The position numbers were made by a program, and so were the translations under genes. From the NCBI GenBank assembly GCA_965248575.1, contig CBDFJQ010000002.1, forward strand, positions 1,248,001-1,312,000: a DNA stretch of 64,000 bases, given 5' to 3'. This DNA comes from Planctomycetota bacterium. Its GTDB lineage: Bacteria > Planctomycetota > B15-G4. Shown in pieces: positions 1-10,307 of the stretch (its first letter is position 1; each line of letters opens with the position of its first letter). A model generated the notes under the pieces. The model did no database searches, was not told where the DNA came from, and saw only the letters and a program-made list of their open reading frames with translations.

Positions 1-1111
<1,111 letters not shown>

Positions 1112-1112
1112 G

Positions 1113-2048
1113 TCAGGGGCTCACGCAGTCCTGGAAGTACTTCAGCGTGCGAGCCAGGCCATCCCTCAACAGCACCTTGGGCTCCCAGCCCAATATTTCC
1201 CGCGCCCGGGTGATGTCCGGGCGGCGCTGCTTCGGATCGTCTTCCGGCAGCGGGTGGTAGGAGATGGTGCTCTCGGTGTCGATCAACTCGAGGATAGTCT
1301 CGGCGAAGTCCTTGATCGTCATCTCGGCGGGGTTGCCGATGTTCACCGGGTTCGGTTCATTGCTTTCCGAGAGGCGCCAGATCCCGTCAATGAGGTCGTC
1401 CACGTAGCAGAACGAACGCGTCTGGGATCCGTCGCCGAAGACGGACAGCTCTTCGCCACGCAACGCCTGCCCCATGAAGGCAGGCAGGGCACGCCCATCG
1501 TTCAGGCGCATACGCGGGCCGTAGGTGTTGAAGATACGCACGATGCGCGTCTCCACGCCGTGGAAGCGGTGGTAGGCCATCACCAGCGCCTCGCTGAAGC
1601 GCTTGGCCTCGTCGTACACACCGCGCGGCCCGACGGGGTTCACGTTGCCCCAGTAGGTCTCCCTCTGGGGGTGCTCGAGCGGGTCGCCATAGACCTCCGA
1701 GGTGGAGGCCATCAGAAAGCGCGCGCCCTTGGCACGCGCCAGACCCAATGCCTTGTGCGTCCCCAGCGAGCCGACCTTGAGGGTCGGGATCGGCATCTCC
1801 AGGTAGTCGATGGGGCTCGCGGGCGACGCGAAGTGGAAGATGCGATGAACTTCGCCCGGCACGTGGATGTAGTTCGTGACGTCCACCTTCACGAAGGTGT
1901 AGCCGTCCTTGCCAATCAGGTGCTCGATGTTCCTCATGTCGCCGGTGATGAGATTGTCCATGCAGACGACCTCCCACCCTTCGGCGATGAGCCGATCGCT
2001 CAGATGCGATCCCAGGAATCCGGCTCCACCGGTGACGACTGCCCTCAT
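1113..2048 (-). CDS. uxs: UDP-glucuronate decarboxylase (extended SDR)
   Basis: TGGAGFLG Rossmann motif; [32 protein letters not shown] family signature. Confidence 0.88.
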   Translation of the reverse strand: MRAVVTGGAGFLGSHLSDRLIAEGWEVVCMDNLITGDMRNIEHLIGKDGYTFVKVDVTNYIHVPGEVHRIFHFASPASPIDYLEMPIPTLKVGSLGTHKALGLARAKGARFLMASTSEVYGDPLEHPQRETYWGNVNPVGPRGVYDEAKRFSEALVMAYHRFHGVETRIVRIFNTYGPRMRLNDGRALPAFMGQALRGEELSVFGDGSQTRSFCYVDDLIDGIWRLSESNEPNPVNIGNPAEMTIKDFAETILELIDTESTISYHPLPEDDPKQRRPDITRAREILGWEPKVLLRDGLARTLKYFQDCVSP

Positions 2049-2103
2049 GATGCGCTTCCTCTGTTCTGCGAAGTGTTCGCTAGGTTGTGTGGTTCATTTC
2101 GCC

Positions 2104-3126
2104 CTAGGGCGAATCGGGTTCGGTGGTGTCCGGATCGGCTTCCGGCTCCGCACTCTGCTCGGGTGCAGGGATGGGAACTCCTCCGCCCGCTGCCTTCTGG
2201 GCGCGCAATTCCTGTTCTTCCGTGATGCGGGCACCCATCGCCCGCAGCTGGTCGGCGGAGAAGCGCAGCAGCAGCTCATCCACCGCGTCGGGGCTGATGA
2301 TCTCCGGGGTGCCGGAGATGCGCTGAAGCACCTCATAGAGGTCCACCGACTCGGGGATCTCCCGCCGGTGGTTCTGGACCATCAAGGTGTCCGCTGGCAG
2401 GCGCGTACGCACCCCGCCGATCGTGAGGACGTCGTCGCGCGGAGCCTCGGGGTCATCGGCCAGGCTGACCGACAGCGCGCTGCCTTCGCTGCTCGAAAGC
2501 GCAAAGCCACCGTTGTGGCGCAGGGTCAGATCCGACCAGGCATCCCGCAAGCTGCCGGGCGGGTCGGAGATGTACCGAACGAGGGGCATGATGGCCTCCT
2601 GCCCCTGACCGAGTTCCAGGACCGTGGCCCCCTCGGCACCCCGTTCGATGGAGATGGTGCCGCTGACATAGATCGGTTGGCTACCCCGGTTGCGGATCCG
2701 CAAGCGCCCAGGCTCGGTCCGCACTTCCATCTGGGTTTCGAGCAGACGGCAGCTGACGCCACCGGGCAACTCGCAAATCAAGGTGCGATCGGTACTGGTC
2801 ATGCTGGCAATGGTCAGCCAAGGAAAGCGCAGCACATCCCCTTGGGGGTCCAGGCGTAGCACGATGGCGTGCCCCTGGTCGTAGAGCTCCACCAGACCGC
2901 CACCTGACAGGTACAGCTCGCTCTGACCGCTGCTGCCCTGCTCCAATTCGTCGCCCGCGGCGAGATCGGCCGAGGAGGCAAAGGAGTACAGCACCGTCTC
3001 CAGGCGATCGGGCCCGCGACGCACCGCCACGGTGTCTTCGAGCCGCCGCGCCAAGATGCGCTCCTGTGCAAAGAGCGCTGGGCAGCAGGCCAGGGCAAGC
3101 ACCAGGAGCAGAAGCGGGCGGGTCAT
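2104..3126 (-). CDS. exported hypothetical protein with FecR-like beta domain
   Basis: Signal peptide MTRPLLLLVLALACCPALFA from ATG 3126; LAAGDELEQGSSGQSELYLSGGGLVEL resembles the FecR-domain pattern. Confidence 0.55.
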   Translation of the reverse strand: MTRPLLLLVLALACCPALFAQERILARRLEDTVAVRRGPDRLETVLYSFASSADLAAGDELEQGSSGQSELYLSGGGLVELYDQGHAIVLRLDPQGDVLRFPWLTIASMTSTDRTLICELPGGVSCRLLETQMEVRTEPGRLRIRNRGSQPIYVSGTISIERGAEGATVLELGQGQEAIMPLVRYISDPPGSLRDAWSDLTLRHNGGFALSSSEGSALSVSLADDPEAPRDDVLTIGGVRTRLPADTLMVQNHRREIPESVDLYEVLQRISGTPEIISPDAVDELLLRFSADQLRAMGARITEEQELRAQKAAGGGVPIPAPEQSAEPEADPDTTEPDSP

Positions 3127-3137
3127 GGCTTGGTGGT

Positions 3138-4538
3138 TCACTCGGGGTTGTGACCCCCACCCTCGTCCCGATCGTTGTCGGAATCCGAATCCTGGGGCTG
3201 GGCCTGCATGGTTTCGATGAAGCTCGTGTCGTAGCTGCCCGAGAGGAAACGCGGGTCCTTCAGGAACAGCCGATGGGCGGCCACAGTTGTGGACACCCCT
3301 TCGATGACACATTCATCGAGCGCATTGGCCATCGCCTTGATCGCTTCCGCCCGATCCTCGGCATGGACGATCAATTTCCCGATCATGGAATCGTAGTACG
3401 GGGAGACCGTGTAGCCCGCGTAGGCGTGGGTATCGAAGCGCACACCCGATCCGCCGGGGTGCAACATATGCACTATCGTCCCACAACTTGGACGGAAGTT
3501 ATGGCTAACGTCCTCAGCATTGATGCGGCATTCGATGGCAGCGCCCCGGAAGCGCACATCGGCCTGGGTGATGGACAGGGGCTGACCGGCCGCGATGAGC
3601 AACTGCTCACGGACGATATCGAAGCCCGTCACCATTTCGGTCACGGGGTGCTCCACCTGCACACGAGCGTTGAGTTCCATGAAGTAGAAGCGCCGGTGCT
3701 TGTCCACCAGGAACTCCACCGTTCCCGCGTTCACGTAGCCAGCCTGGCGGCACAGTGCGATGGCGGCGTCCCCCATCGCGTTCCGCAGCTCGTCCGTCAG
3801 CACGGGCGAGGGGCTCTCCTCCAGCAGCTTCTGATGGCGCCTCTGGATCGAACAGTCCCGCTCACCCAGATGGATCAGGTTGCCGTGCTGGTCGGCCATC
3901 ACCTGGATCTCGACGTGTCGGGGCTCCTCCACCAACCGTTCGATGTAGACGTCCGGATTTCCGAAGGCGCCCTCGGCTTCCGCCCGGGCCGCGTGGAAGG
4001 CGGGCAGCAACTCTGCCGGTGCGTGGACCGGGCGCATGCCGCGCCCACCCCCGCCCGCCGTGGCCTTGACCATGACTGGGTAGCCGACCTCGGAGGCCAC
4101 CTGCTCCGCCTCAGCCTCCGTGTGCACGATGCCATCGCTGCCCGGAACAATGGGGACGCCAGCGGACTTCGCCGTGGCGCGTGCCGTGTTCTTGTCGCCC
4201 ATGGCCGCGATCACGTCGGCGGGCGGACCGATGAAGGTGAACCCACACGCGTTGACCACCTCGACGAACTTGCTGTTCTCGGAGAGGAATCCGTACCCGG
4301 GGTGGATGGCATCGGCCTCGGAGATCTCCGCGGCGCTGATGACCCGGTTCATGTCGAGGTAGCTTTCGCTCGCCTTCGCGGGACCGATGCACACGGCCTC
4401 ATCGGCCAGCTCGATGTAGGCGGCATCGCGGTCCGCCTCGCTGTAGACGACGACCGTCTCCACGCCGAGCGACTTGCAAGCTCTCAACACACGCAGGGCA
4501 ATCTCCCCGCGATTGGCAATCAGCACACGACCGAACAC
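3138..4538 (-). CDS. accC: acetyl-CoA carboxylase biotin carboxylase
   Basis: LIANRGEIA, HPGYGFLSEN, KATAGGGGRGM, ERDCSIQRRHQK, ELNARVQVEHPVTE. Confidence 0.97.
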   Translation of the reverse strand: MFGRVLIANRGEIALRVLRACKSLGVETVVVYSEADRDAAYIELADEAVCIGPAKASESYLDMNRVISAAEISEADAIHPGYGFLSENSKFVEVVNACGFTFIGPPADVIAAMGDKNTARATAKSAGVPIVPGSDGIVHTEAEAEQVASEVGYPVMVKATAGGGGRGMRPVHAPAELLPAFHAARAEAEGAFGNPDVYIERLVEEPRHVEIQVMADQHGNLIHLGERDCSIQRRHQKLLEESPSPVLTDELRNAMGDAAIALCRQAGYVNAGTVEFLVDKHRRFYFMELNARVQVEHPVTEMVTGFDIVREQLLIAAGQPLSITQADVRFRGAAIECRINAEDVSHNFRPSCGTIVHMLHPGGSGVRFDTHAYAGYTVSPYYDSMIGKLIVHAEDRAEAIKAMANALDECVIEGVSTTVAAHRLFLKDPRFLSGSYDTSFIETMQAQPQDSDSDNDRDEGGGHNPE

Positions 4539-4559
4539 TGGCGGGACCCTCCCTGGGCG

Positions 4560-5276
4560 TCAGCGACGCCGGATCAACATGAGCGTCTGACCAAACTCCA
4601 CCGCTTCGCCGTTCTCCACCTCGATGGAGACGACCTCGCCGGATTCGTCGGGCGTGATCTCATTCATCACCTTCATGGCCTCGATGATGCACACGGTGTT
4701 GCCCACCTCGACGCTGTCGCCCACGCTCGCAAAAGAAGACGCTTCCGGGCTGGGCGCTCTGTAGAAGGTGCCCACCATCGGTGACTTGAAGGCGTGCAGG
4801 TTGTCGTCCTGGACGGGCGCAGGCGCCGCCACCTCGGCCGCTACTGGCACAGCAGCGGCGTGCACAGGAGCGCTGGGGGTGGCCGCCGCAGGCGCAGCCA
4901 CGGTGTCGACATAGGCTCCGGCCCGCTTGACGTGGATGCGCGTCGCGCCATCCGTGGAGCGTTCGTACTCCACCTCCACGAGCGAGTGCTGGTCCATGAG
5001 CTCAGCCAGCTCCGAGATCTCCGGAAAACCCTGAGAGGCCTGTGCCGTCGCTCGACCCTGACCGCGAGCAGCCTTGCGGGCCGTCGCCTTCCGCTTGGGC
5101 GCAGCCTTGGCTGCAGCCTTCTTGACCAACGGCCGCTTGGCGCTCGACGCCCGCTTGGGAGCCTTCGCTGCGGAGCTGGTTGCCTTTCGGACGGCCTTGG
5201 CCTTCGCCTTCAGCTTGGGCTTCGACTTGGATTTCGTTTGGGCACCCGAACGGGCGGCCTTCTTTCGTGCAGCCAC
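4560..5276 (-). CDS. accB: biotin carboxyl carrier protein with Lys/Ala-rich N-terminal extension
   Basis: SPMVGTFYRAPSP and IEAMKVMNEI biotinyl motif; start GTG 5276 preceded by AAAGGAG Shine-Dalgarno; lies between efp and accC. Confidence 0.92.
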   Translation of the reverse strand: MAARKKAARSGAQTKSKSKPKLKAKAKAVRKATSSAAKAPKRASSAKRPLVKKAAAKAAPKRKATARKAARGQGRATAQASQGFPEISELAELMDQHSLVEVEYERSTDGATRIHVKRAGAYVDTVAAPAAATPSAPVHAAAVPVAAEVAAPAPVQDDNLHAFKSPMVGTFYRAPSPEASSFASVGDSVEVGNTVCIIEAMKVMNEITPDESGEVVSIEVENGEAVEFGQTLMLIRRR

Positions 5277-5328
5277 GAGAGCTCCTTTCAGGGGTCTCGA
5301 AACATCAGGATCTGTGAGACGCGACACC

Positions 5329-5904
5329 CTACTCGGGTGCCGACACGCGCTCCACATACGTGCGGGTGCGAGTGTCCACCTTCACGTACTCATCCTGGTT
5401 GAGATAGACCGGCACCTGGATCACCGCCCCGGTGTCGAGGGTCGCCGGCTTGTTGCCACCTTGTGCGGTACTGCCCTTGACCCAGGGCGTGGTCTCCGTG
5501 ACCTGGAACACCATGTGGTCGGGAAGGGCGATGGAGATGATCTCGGAATCACACATCTTGAACTTGCAGACCGTGTTCTCCTTGAGAAACGGCAACAAGT
5601 CCGTGAGTCGGTCCTCGTCCACCGGCGACTGGTCGTAAGTCTCCGGATCCATGAACACGAAGCCATTGCCCTCGCGGTAGAGGTACTCCATGTCGATCTT
5701 GTCCACGATGACCTGTTCGACCTTGTCCTTGGAGTCGTAGGTCACGTCCTTGACGGCACCCGTCTGGAGGTTCTTGAGACGGGTGCGCACGAAGGCACCA
5801 CCCTTTCCAGGCTTGACGAATTGAAAGCTGACCATGTCGAACAGCTTGCCGTCGACGCGGAGGGTGATGCCGTTCGAAAACTGGTTGGTCGAGATGATGA
5901 CCAT
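5329..5904 (-). CDS. efp: elongation factor P
   Basis: VKPGKGGAFVRTRLKNL; KPATLDTGAVIQVP; efp-accB-accC synteny. Confidence 0.96.
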   Translation of the reverse strand: MVIISTNQFSNGITLRVDGKLFDMVSFQFVKPGKGGAFVRTRLKNLQTGAVKDVTYDSKDKVEQVIVDKIDMEYLYREGNGFVFMDPETYDQSPVDEDRLTDLLPFLKENTVCKFKMCDSEIISIALPDHMVFQVTETTPWVKGSTAQGGNKPATLDTGAVIQVPVYLNQDEYVKVDTRTRTYVERVSAPE

Positions 5905-5964
5905 GGGTGGCTTCTCAGGATGCTTCGGGCGAGCGCGCCATTGAACCGGGAGCCCTCTGCCGAA

Positions 5965-7407
5965 TCAACAGGAGCGAGGCTCCTCAGTTCCTGAGGCCAA
6001 GGGAGCCACGATCAAGCCGAGCACGATTGCAGCCGGTGCAATCTGGATCAGCAGCCGCCCAAGGGTCAATTCCATAAGGGTAGGTAGGGGGTCGCCACCG
6101 GGGTGGATCAGCTCTGCAGCCGGGCTGCTCCACGACGTGACGATGTACGCAAAGATGTAGCTGGCCAGCTGAATCGCCAGGGCCACCAGGATCATCCGCG
6201 GTACGGGACGAGCGAGGCGCCGGCCCCCCAGAGCCAGCAGCACGGCCCACGCAGCCCAGGTCAGGTTCCACGACTGGAAATTCATGACCTCGGAAGCCAG
6301 GCGGGGCAGAATGATTTCGAGCCTGGCCAGGCCGGCCTGGAAAGCATCCCCCTGCAGCCGGCCCAGGTAGTGCTCATCCGTGATGGGCAGTCCCAGGGCC
6401 AGGAGCCCCCAGAGACCGTAGAACAGCCCCACGCCCACGGCCGCCACCCCGCCAGCTCGCCGAAACCGGCCCCGAGGCGCGGCCACGAGCACGCCGAGCG
6501 CGAGGGCCACGATGAAGGGCAGCCCCTCATTCTTCGTGAGCGCCGCAAAGCCCAGCAGCAGACCCGCCTCCAGATGCGCCCGGGCTCGGCGACCCTGCAG
6601 GGCATCGGCCATGGCGAGCACGGCCCCTACGATGAAGAGCGCCAGGGGAATATCCGCCATGGCTGAAGACGCACCGGCTCCCGGCGGTGGCTTCAGCACG
6701 TAGGAGATCAGCGGTAGATTCCCGATCCAGGCCGCGGACAGCGCAGCGCTCAGGGCGCCGCAGCGACGACGCAGCCCGCCGTACACCGTCGCCACCAAAG
6801 CCACGGCAAACCACGGGAAGATCGCCGAGGCGATGCGGTCATCAAAGACACCCGACACCATCGCCGGCAGATTGGCGATGTGGGACACCAGAGGCGGATA
6901 GCGCTGATGGGTCAAGCCGTAGTACGGGTCCCGGGACACGGCGCCAAGCAAGGTCTCGTCGAAGTGCAGCGCCTTGGCCTTGAACATCCAACGCGTCAAC
7001 GCATCGAACTGGAACGTCGGCCGCAACCAGCCGGAGCGCACCGCCATGAACAGCCCGACACACGCCAGCAGCAGCATGCCTCCGTGGGCCAATTGTTCGT
7101 TGCGCGTCAAAGCACTGAGGGGCCGGCGATCCTCGTCCGTACAGACCGAAGCCCCCGAAGAACAACGCCAGGCGGGACGGGCGAGCAGCAACAGGACGAC
7201 CAGCACGGCGCCACCCAAGCTCGTCGCCGACACACCGAGGCCCAGGACATCCACCAGCAGCGACAAACTGCCCACCACACCGAAGCCCAGCATCAGCCCG
7301 CGACCGAAGCGCTCGATCCAACCCAGGCCCGGGTCGCCGAACAACCCGCGGTCCACCACCACGCCTACAAGCAGCAAGGTCAGCAAGGGAACGATCAAGG
7401 CACTCAT
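5965..7407 (-). CDS. polytopic membrane protein, probable GT-C fold glycosyltransferase
   Basis: Many hydrophobic helices; FDALTRWMFKAK loop, YPPL and TKNEG motifs typical of ArnT/PMT-like proteins. Confidence 0.6.
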   Translation of the reverse strand: MSALIVPLLTLLLVGVVVDRGLFGDPGLGWIERFGRGLMLGFGVVGSLSLLVDVLGLGVSATSLGGAVLVVLLLLARPAWRCSSGASVCTDEDRRPLSALTRNEQLAHGGMLLLACVGLFMAVRSGWLRPTFQFDALTRWMFKAKALHFDETLLGAVSRDPYYGLTHQRYPPLVSHIANLPAMVSGVFDDRIASAIFPWFAVALVATVYGGLRRRCGALSAALSAAWIGNLPLISYVLKPPPGAGASSAMADIPLALFIVGAVLAMADALQGRRARAHLEAGLLLGFAALTKNEGLPFIVALALGVLVAAPRGRFRRAGGVAAVGVGLFYGLWGLLALGLPITDEHYLGRLQGDAFQAGLARLEIILPRLASEVMNFQSWNLTWAAWAVLLALGGRRLARPVPRMILVALAIQLASYIFAYIVTSWSSPAAELIHPGGDPLPTLMELTLGRLLIQIAPAAIVLGLIVAPLASGTEEPRSC

Positions 7408-7409
7408 CG

Positions 7410-7943
7410 TCAGCCGCCCCCCTGCCCCGCATCCCGCGCCTTGCGCTCGGCACGGCGCTGCTCCTTGAGTGCCTCCGGGTCCATGTCGACCGGGCGCTCC
7501 AAGCGCGACTCGAGGACGATGGCTCCGGGCAGCGTCGGGTCGTCCTCACTGCTGCCGGACTCGAAGGGGATGCCCTTCATGGGGATCGGGTAGAGGTCGT
7601 ACATCAGGGGCCACATCTCGTTGCGCGGCACACCCTTGAACTGCACGAAGAGTTCGGGCTCGTCGGCGAAACGCTCGTGGATGCGGGCAGCCTCGCGCAA
7701 GCGGCGCCGCCAGTAGGGCAACCACCGTTCAGGGTCTTTTCGCCCGTAGCCGCGCAGGAACGCGCGCGGAGCTTCCGGGTCGAATTCCTCCAACTGCTGC
7801 AGGTATTCGTCCAAGGCGAGGCTGTCCAGCGGGGCCCCACGCCCCAGGGGATCGGCGACGGAGTTTTCGGCCGGGATCCACCGAATCAGCACGGAGAGGA
7901 CCACGAGCATCGCAACAATCTGCGTGGCGACTTTTCGATCCAT
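7410..7943 (-). CDS. hypothetical protein with N-terminal membrane anchor
   Basis: ORF ends 2 nt before the next start; hydrophobic N-terminus MDRKVATQIVAMLVVLSVLI; start uncertain. Confidence 0.6.
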   Translation of the reverse strand: MDRKVATQIVAMLVVLSVLIRWIPAENSVADPLGRGAPLDSLALDEYLQQLEEFDPEAPRAFLRGYGRKDPERWLPYWRRRLREAARIHERFADEPELFVQFKGVPRNEMWPLMYDLYPIPMKGIPFESGSSEDDPTLPGAIVLESRLERPVDMDPEALKEQRRAERKARDAGQGGG

Positions 7944-8107
7944 CGGTGGATTCTGTTTCCTGGAAGGAACTTGCTCAGGGCCGAGGGATCCTATCATCGA
8001 CTAGGCGACCTGCATCACAGTCATGCTTGGGTGTCATGCCGCAAGCGGTCCGCCGCTCCTGACGTGTCCTCCCGACCCCTCCCGAGCCCAGGCTTCCCTG
8101 CCTCGTC

Positions 8108-9037
8108 ATGCCGACACCTGCCCACCTCCCAAAAGCCGTGACTGCGCGTTGGCGCGCAGAAATCCCCCGCACAGCCGGCTGGGACGGCGTGCTCATGTGT
8201 CGACCCGATCACTTCGACGTGGTGGACGAGAAGAACACCTTCATGCGCGGCCAGCTGGGCCGGATCGACAAGCTGCGCGCCATGGACCAATGGCAGCATC
8301 TGGTCGAATGCTATGGCCAGGCGGGCGTCCGGGTGCATCAGTTGGCAGGTGCCCCCGGCCTCGAAGACATGGTCTTCTGCGCCAACCCGGTTTGTGTGCT
8401 TCCCCGCCCAAGCCGGGTCACTGGGTCTGAGCCCGGGCCCTGGACCGCTGCCGACCTCGTGGCCTCCCACATGAACCACGCGTCGCGCGTTCGGGAAGTG
8501 CCGCACATCACGGCCTGGTTTGCGGAACGCGGCGTGCCGTCGTCGAGCTTGCCGCCAGATTCAGGAACCTTGGAAGGGCACGGAGATGTGGCCGTCATTC
8601 CAGGCCGCCGCCTCGCGCTCGGCGGCTACGGGGGACGAAGCACACGCACGGCCCTTCAGGCCCTGTCCGAACTGTGTTCCCTGCCCGTCGTGCCACTGCC
8701 CTTGGTCGGCAGCCCCTTCTATCACCTCGACACCTGCCTGGCCGTGCTCGATGAGGACACGCTCCTGATCCACCCTCCGGCCTTCAGGAACGGCGCCCTG
8801 CAGACGCTGCACACGCTTTTTCCGAGGCTGCTCATCGCCGACCCACACGAGGCCGAAACGGAACTCGCCGTGAACGCGCACGGCCTGGCCAATGGCACGG
8901 TGCTGCTTCCCGCGGCTACGCCCAAGACGCAGAAGATCCTGTCCGATGCGGGCTACTCACCGCTGCCCGTAGACGTTTCGGAGTTCCACAAGTCCGGCGG
9001 CTCTGTCTTCTGCTTGCGCCTCGATCTCCCCGGCTGA
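8108..9037 (+). CDS. amidinotransferase/dimethylargininase (pentein) family hydrolase
   Basis: DMVFCAN, EGHGD, FYHLDT and EFHKSGGSVFCL (catalytic Cys) motifs. Confidence 0.85.
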   Translation: MPTPAHLPKAVTARWRAEIPRTAGWDGVLMCRPDHFDVVDEKNTFMRGQLGRIDKLRAMDQWQHLVECYGQAGVRVHQLAGAPGLEDMVFCANPVCVLPRPSRVTGSEPGPWTAADLVASHMNHASRVREVPHITAWFAERGVPSSSLPPDSGTLEGHGDVAVIPGRRLALGGYGGRSTRTALQALSELCSLPVVPLPLVGSPFYHLDTCLAVLDEDTLLIHPPAFRNGALQTLHTLFPRLLIADPHEAETELAVNAHGLANGTVLLPAATPKTQKILSDAGYSPLPVDVSEFHKSGGSVFCLRLDLPG

Positions 9038-9085
9038 TCGGCGCCTCAGGGCTGGCCAAGATGCGGACCGTCAGCCGACCTCGGG

Positions 9086-9598
9086 TCACTCGTCAGCAGG
9101 CGGGTCAGCGCGCAAGTCCTGCGCACAATCCTGCACCGAGCCCGCGAGCACGCGCAGGCCGTGAAGCACTGCGGGCAAGACGGCCTCGAGACTCTCGCGC
9201 GCACCGGCAGGGCTGCCGGGCAGATTGAGGATCAGCGTGCCGCCTAGCGTGCCGGCGATGCCGCGCGAGAGGTCTGCCGTCGGCACCGACACGCGGCCTG
9301 CGGCTCGCATGGACTCGGCCAGCCCCGGCACCTCGCGCTCGATGACCCGGCGTGTGGCCTCTGGCGTGACATCCCGGACCGACAAGCCGGTGCCGCCGCT
9401 GGTGAGCACCAGGGCATAACGCGTCGCCAGCTCCCGCAAGGACACGACCAAGGCCTCCTCTTCATCCGGCACGGCGCGCACATGGGCCAGGCGCCAACCC
9501 ACGGCCTGGAGGGCTTCGGCCAGGCCGGCAGCTGTGGCGTCGGCCCGCTCGCCGCGCGAGACACGATCCGAGGCCAAGACGAGGCAGGCTTCCGACAT
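9086..9598 (-). CDS. mogA: molybdopterin adenylyltransferase MogA/MoaB family
   Basis: SDRVSRGERAD, TSGGTGLSVRDVTPEAT, NLPGSP. Confidence 0.88.
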   Translation of the reverse strand: MSEACLVLASDRVSRGERADATAAGLAEALQAVGWRLAHVRAVPDEEEALVVSLRELATRYALVLTSGGTGLSVRDVTPEATRRVIEREVPGLAESMRAAGRVSVPTADLSRGIAGTLGGTLILNLPGSPAGARESLEAVLPAVLHGLRVLAGSVQDCAQDLRADPPADE

Positions 9599-10122
9599 CA
9601 CTCGCTCCGATGCCAGGTGCCGGTGCGACCACCGCTCTTCTCCAGCAAGCGGATGTCCGTGATCATGATCTCCCGATCCACGGCCTTGAGCATGTCGATC
9701 AAGGTCACGGCAGCCACGGAGACGGCCATGAAGGCCTCCATCTCCACCCCCGTGCGCCAGGTGGTCTCCGCCTCGGCCCGCACCTCAAGCGCATCTGGAC
9801 CTGAGGCAGTGATGTTCACATCCACCCTGTCGAGCGGCAGCGGATGGCAGAGGGGCACCAGATCCGAGGTGCGCTTGGCAGCGCCTATGCCCGCGAGACG
9901 CGCCACCTCGAGCACTGGCCCCTTGGGCCCACCCCCCTCCAAGGCAAGGCGCCGCGTTTCCGGCTTCATGACCACCCGACCGGCCGCCACGGCTTTGCGG
10001 CGGGTGGGCAGCTTTCCGCCCACATTCACCATGCGAGCCTTGCCCTGCCCATCCACATGACTCAGTGGATTGCTCTGCTTGCCAGGCGGGTCACTGGAGA
10101 GGTCACGGGGCGGGTGGTCCAT
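9598..10122 (-). CDS. moaC: cyclic pyranopterin monophosphate synthase
   Basis: LSHVDGQGKARMVNV, LVPLCHPL, TGVEMEA, LLEKSGGRTG; start uncertain. Confidence 0.93.
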   Translation of the reverse strand: MDHPPRDLSSDPPGKQSNPLSHVDGQGKARMVNVGGKLPTRRKAVAAGRVVMKPETRRLALEGGGPKGPVLEVARLAGIGAAKRTSDLVPLCHPLPLDRVDVNITASGPDALEVRAEAETTWRTGVEMEAFMAVSVAAVTLIDMLKAVDREIMITDIRLLEKSGGRTGTWHRSE

Positions 10123-10307
10123 GGTCCATCCAACATGAGGGAGGTCTGCTACGGATGCCGGGATGGGCCCAGATCCGCCGAGCGCGGGTCTGCGGCTCAC
10201 CCAGAATGATGCTAGGGACACCGGAACAGGTCACGGATTGCCCGTCACTCATGCAAACCGGCAGCTAGTACGATAAAGAAGATCGCGCACTCCCCCAGGA
10301 GAATCCC

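Noticed and set aside
5965..7407. Glycosyltransferase next to efp as an EF-P modifier (EarP-like)
   Set aside because: It is a polytopic GT-C-like membrane protein, whereas EarP is soluble GT-B; this EF-P has the PGKG Lys loop
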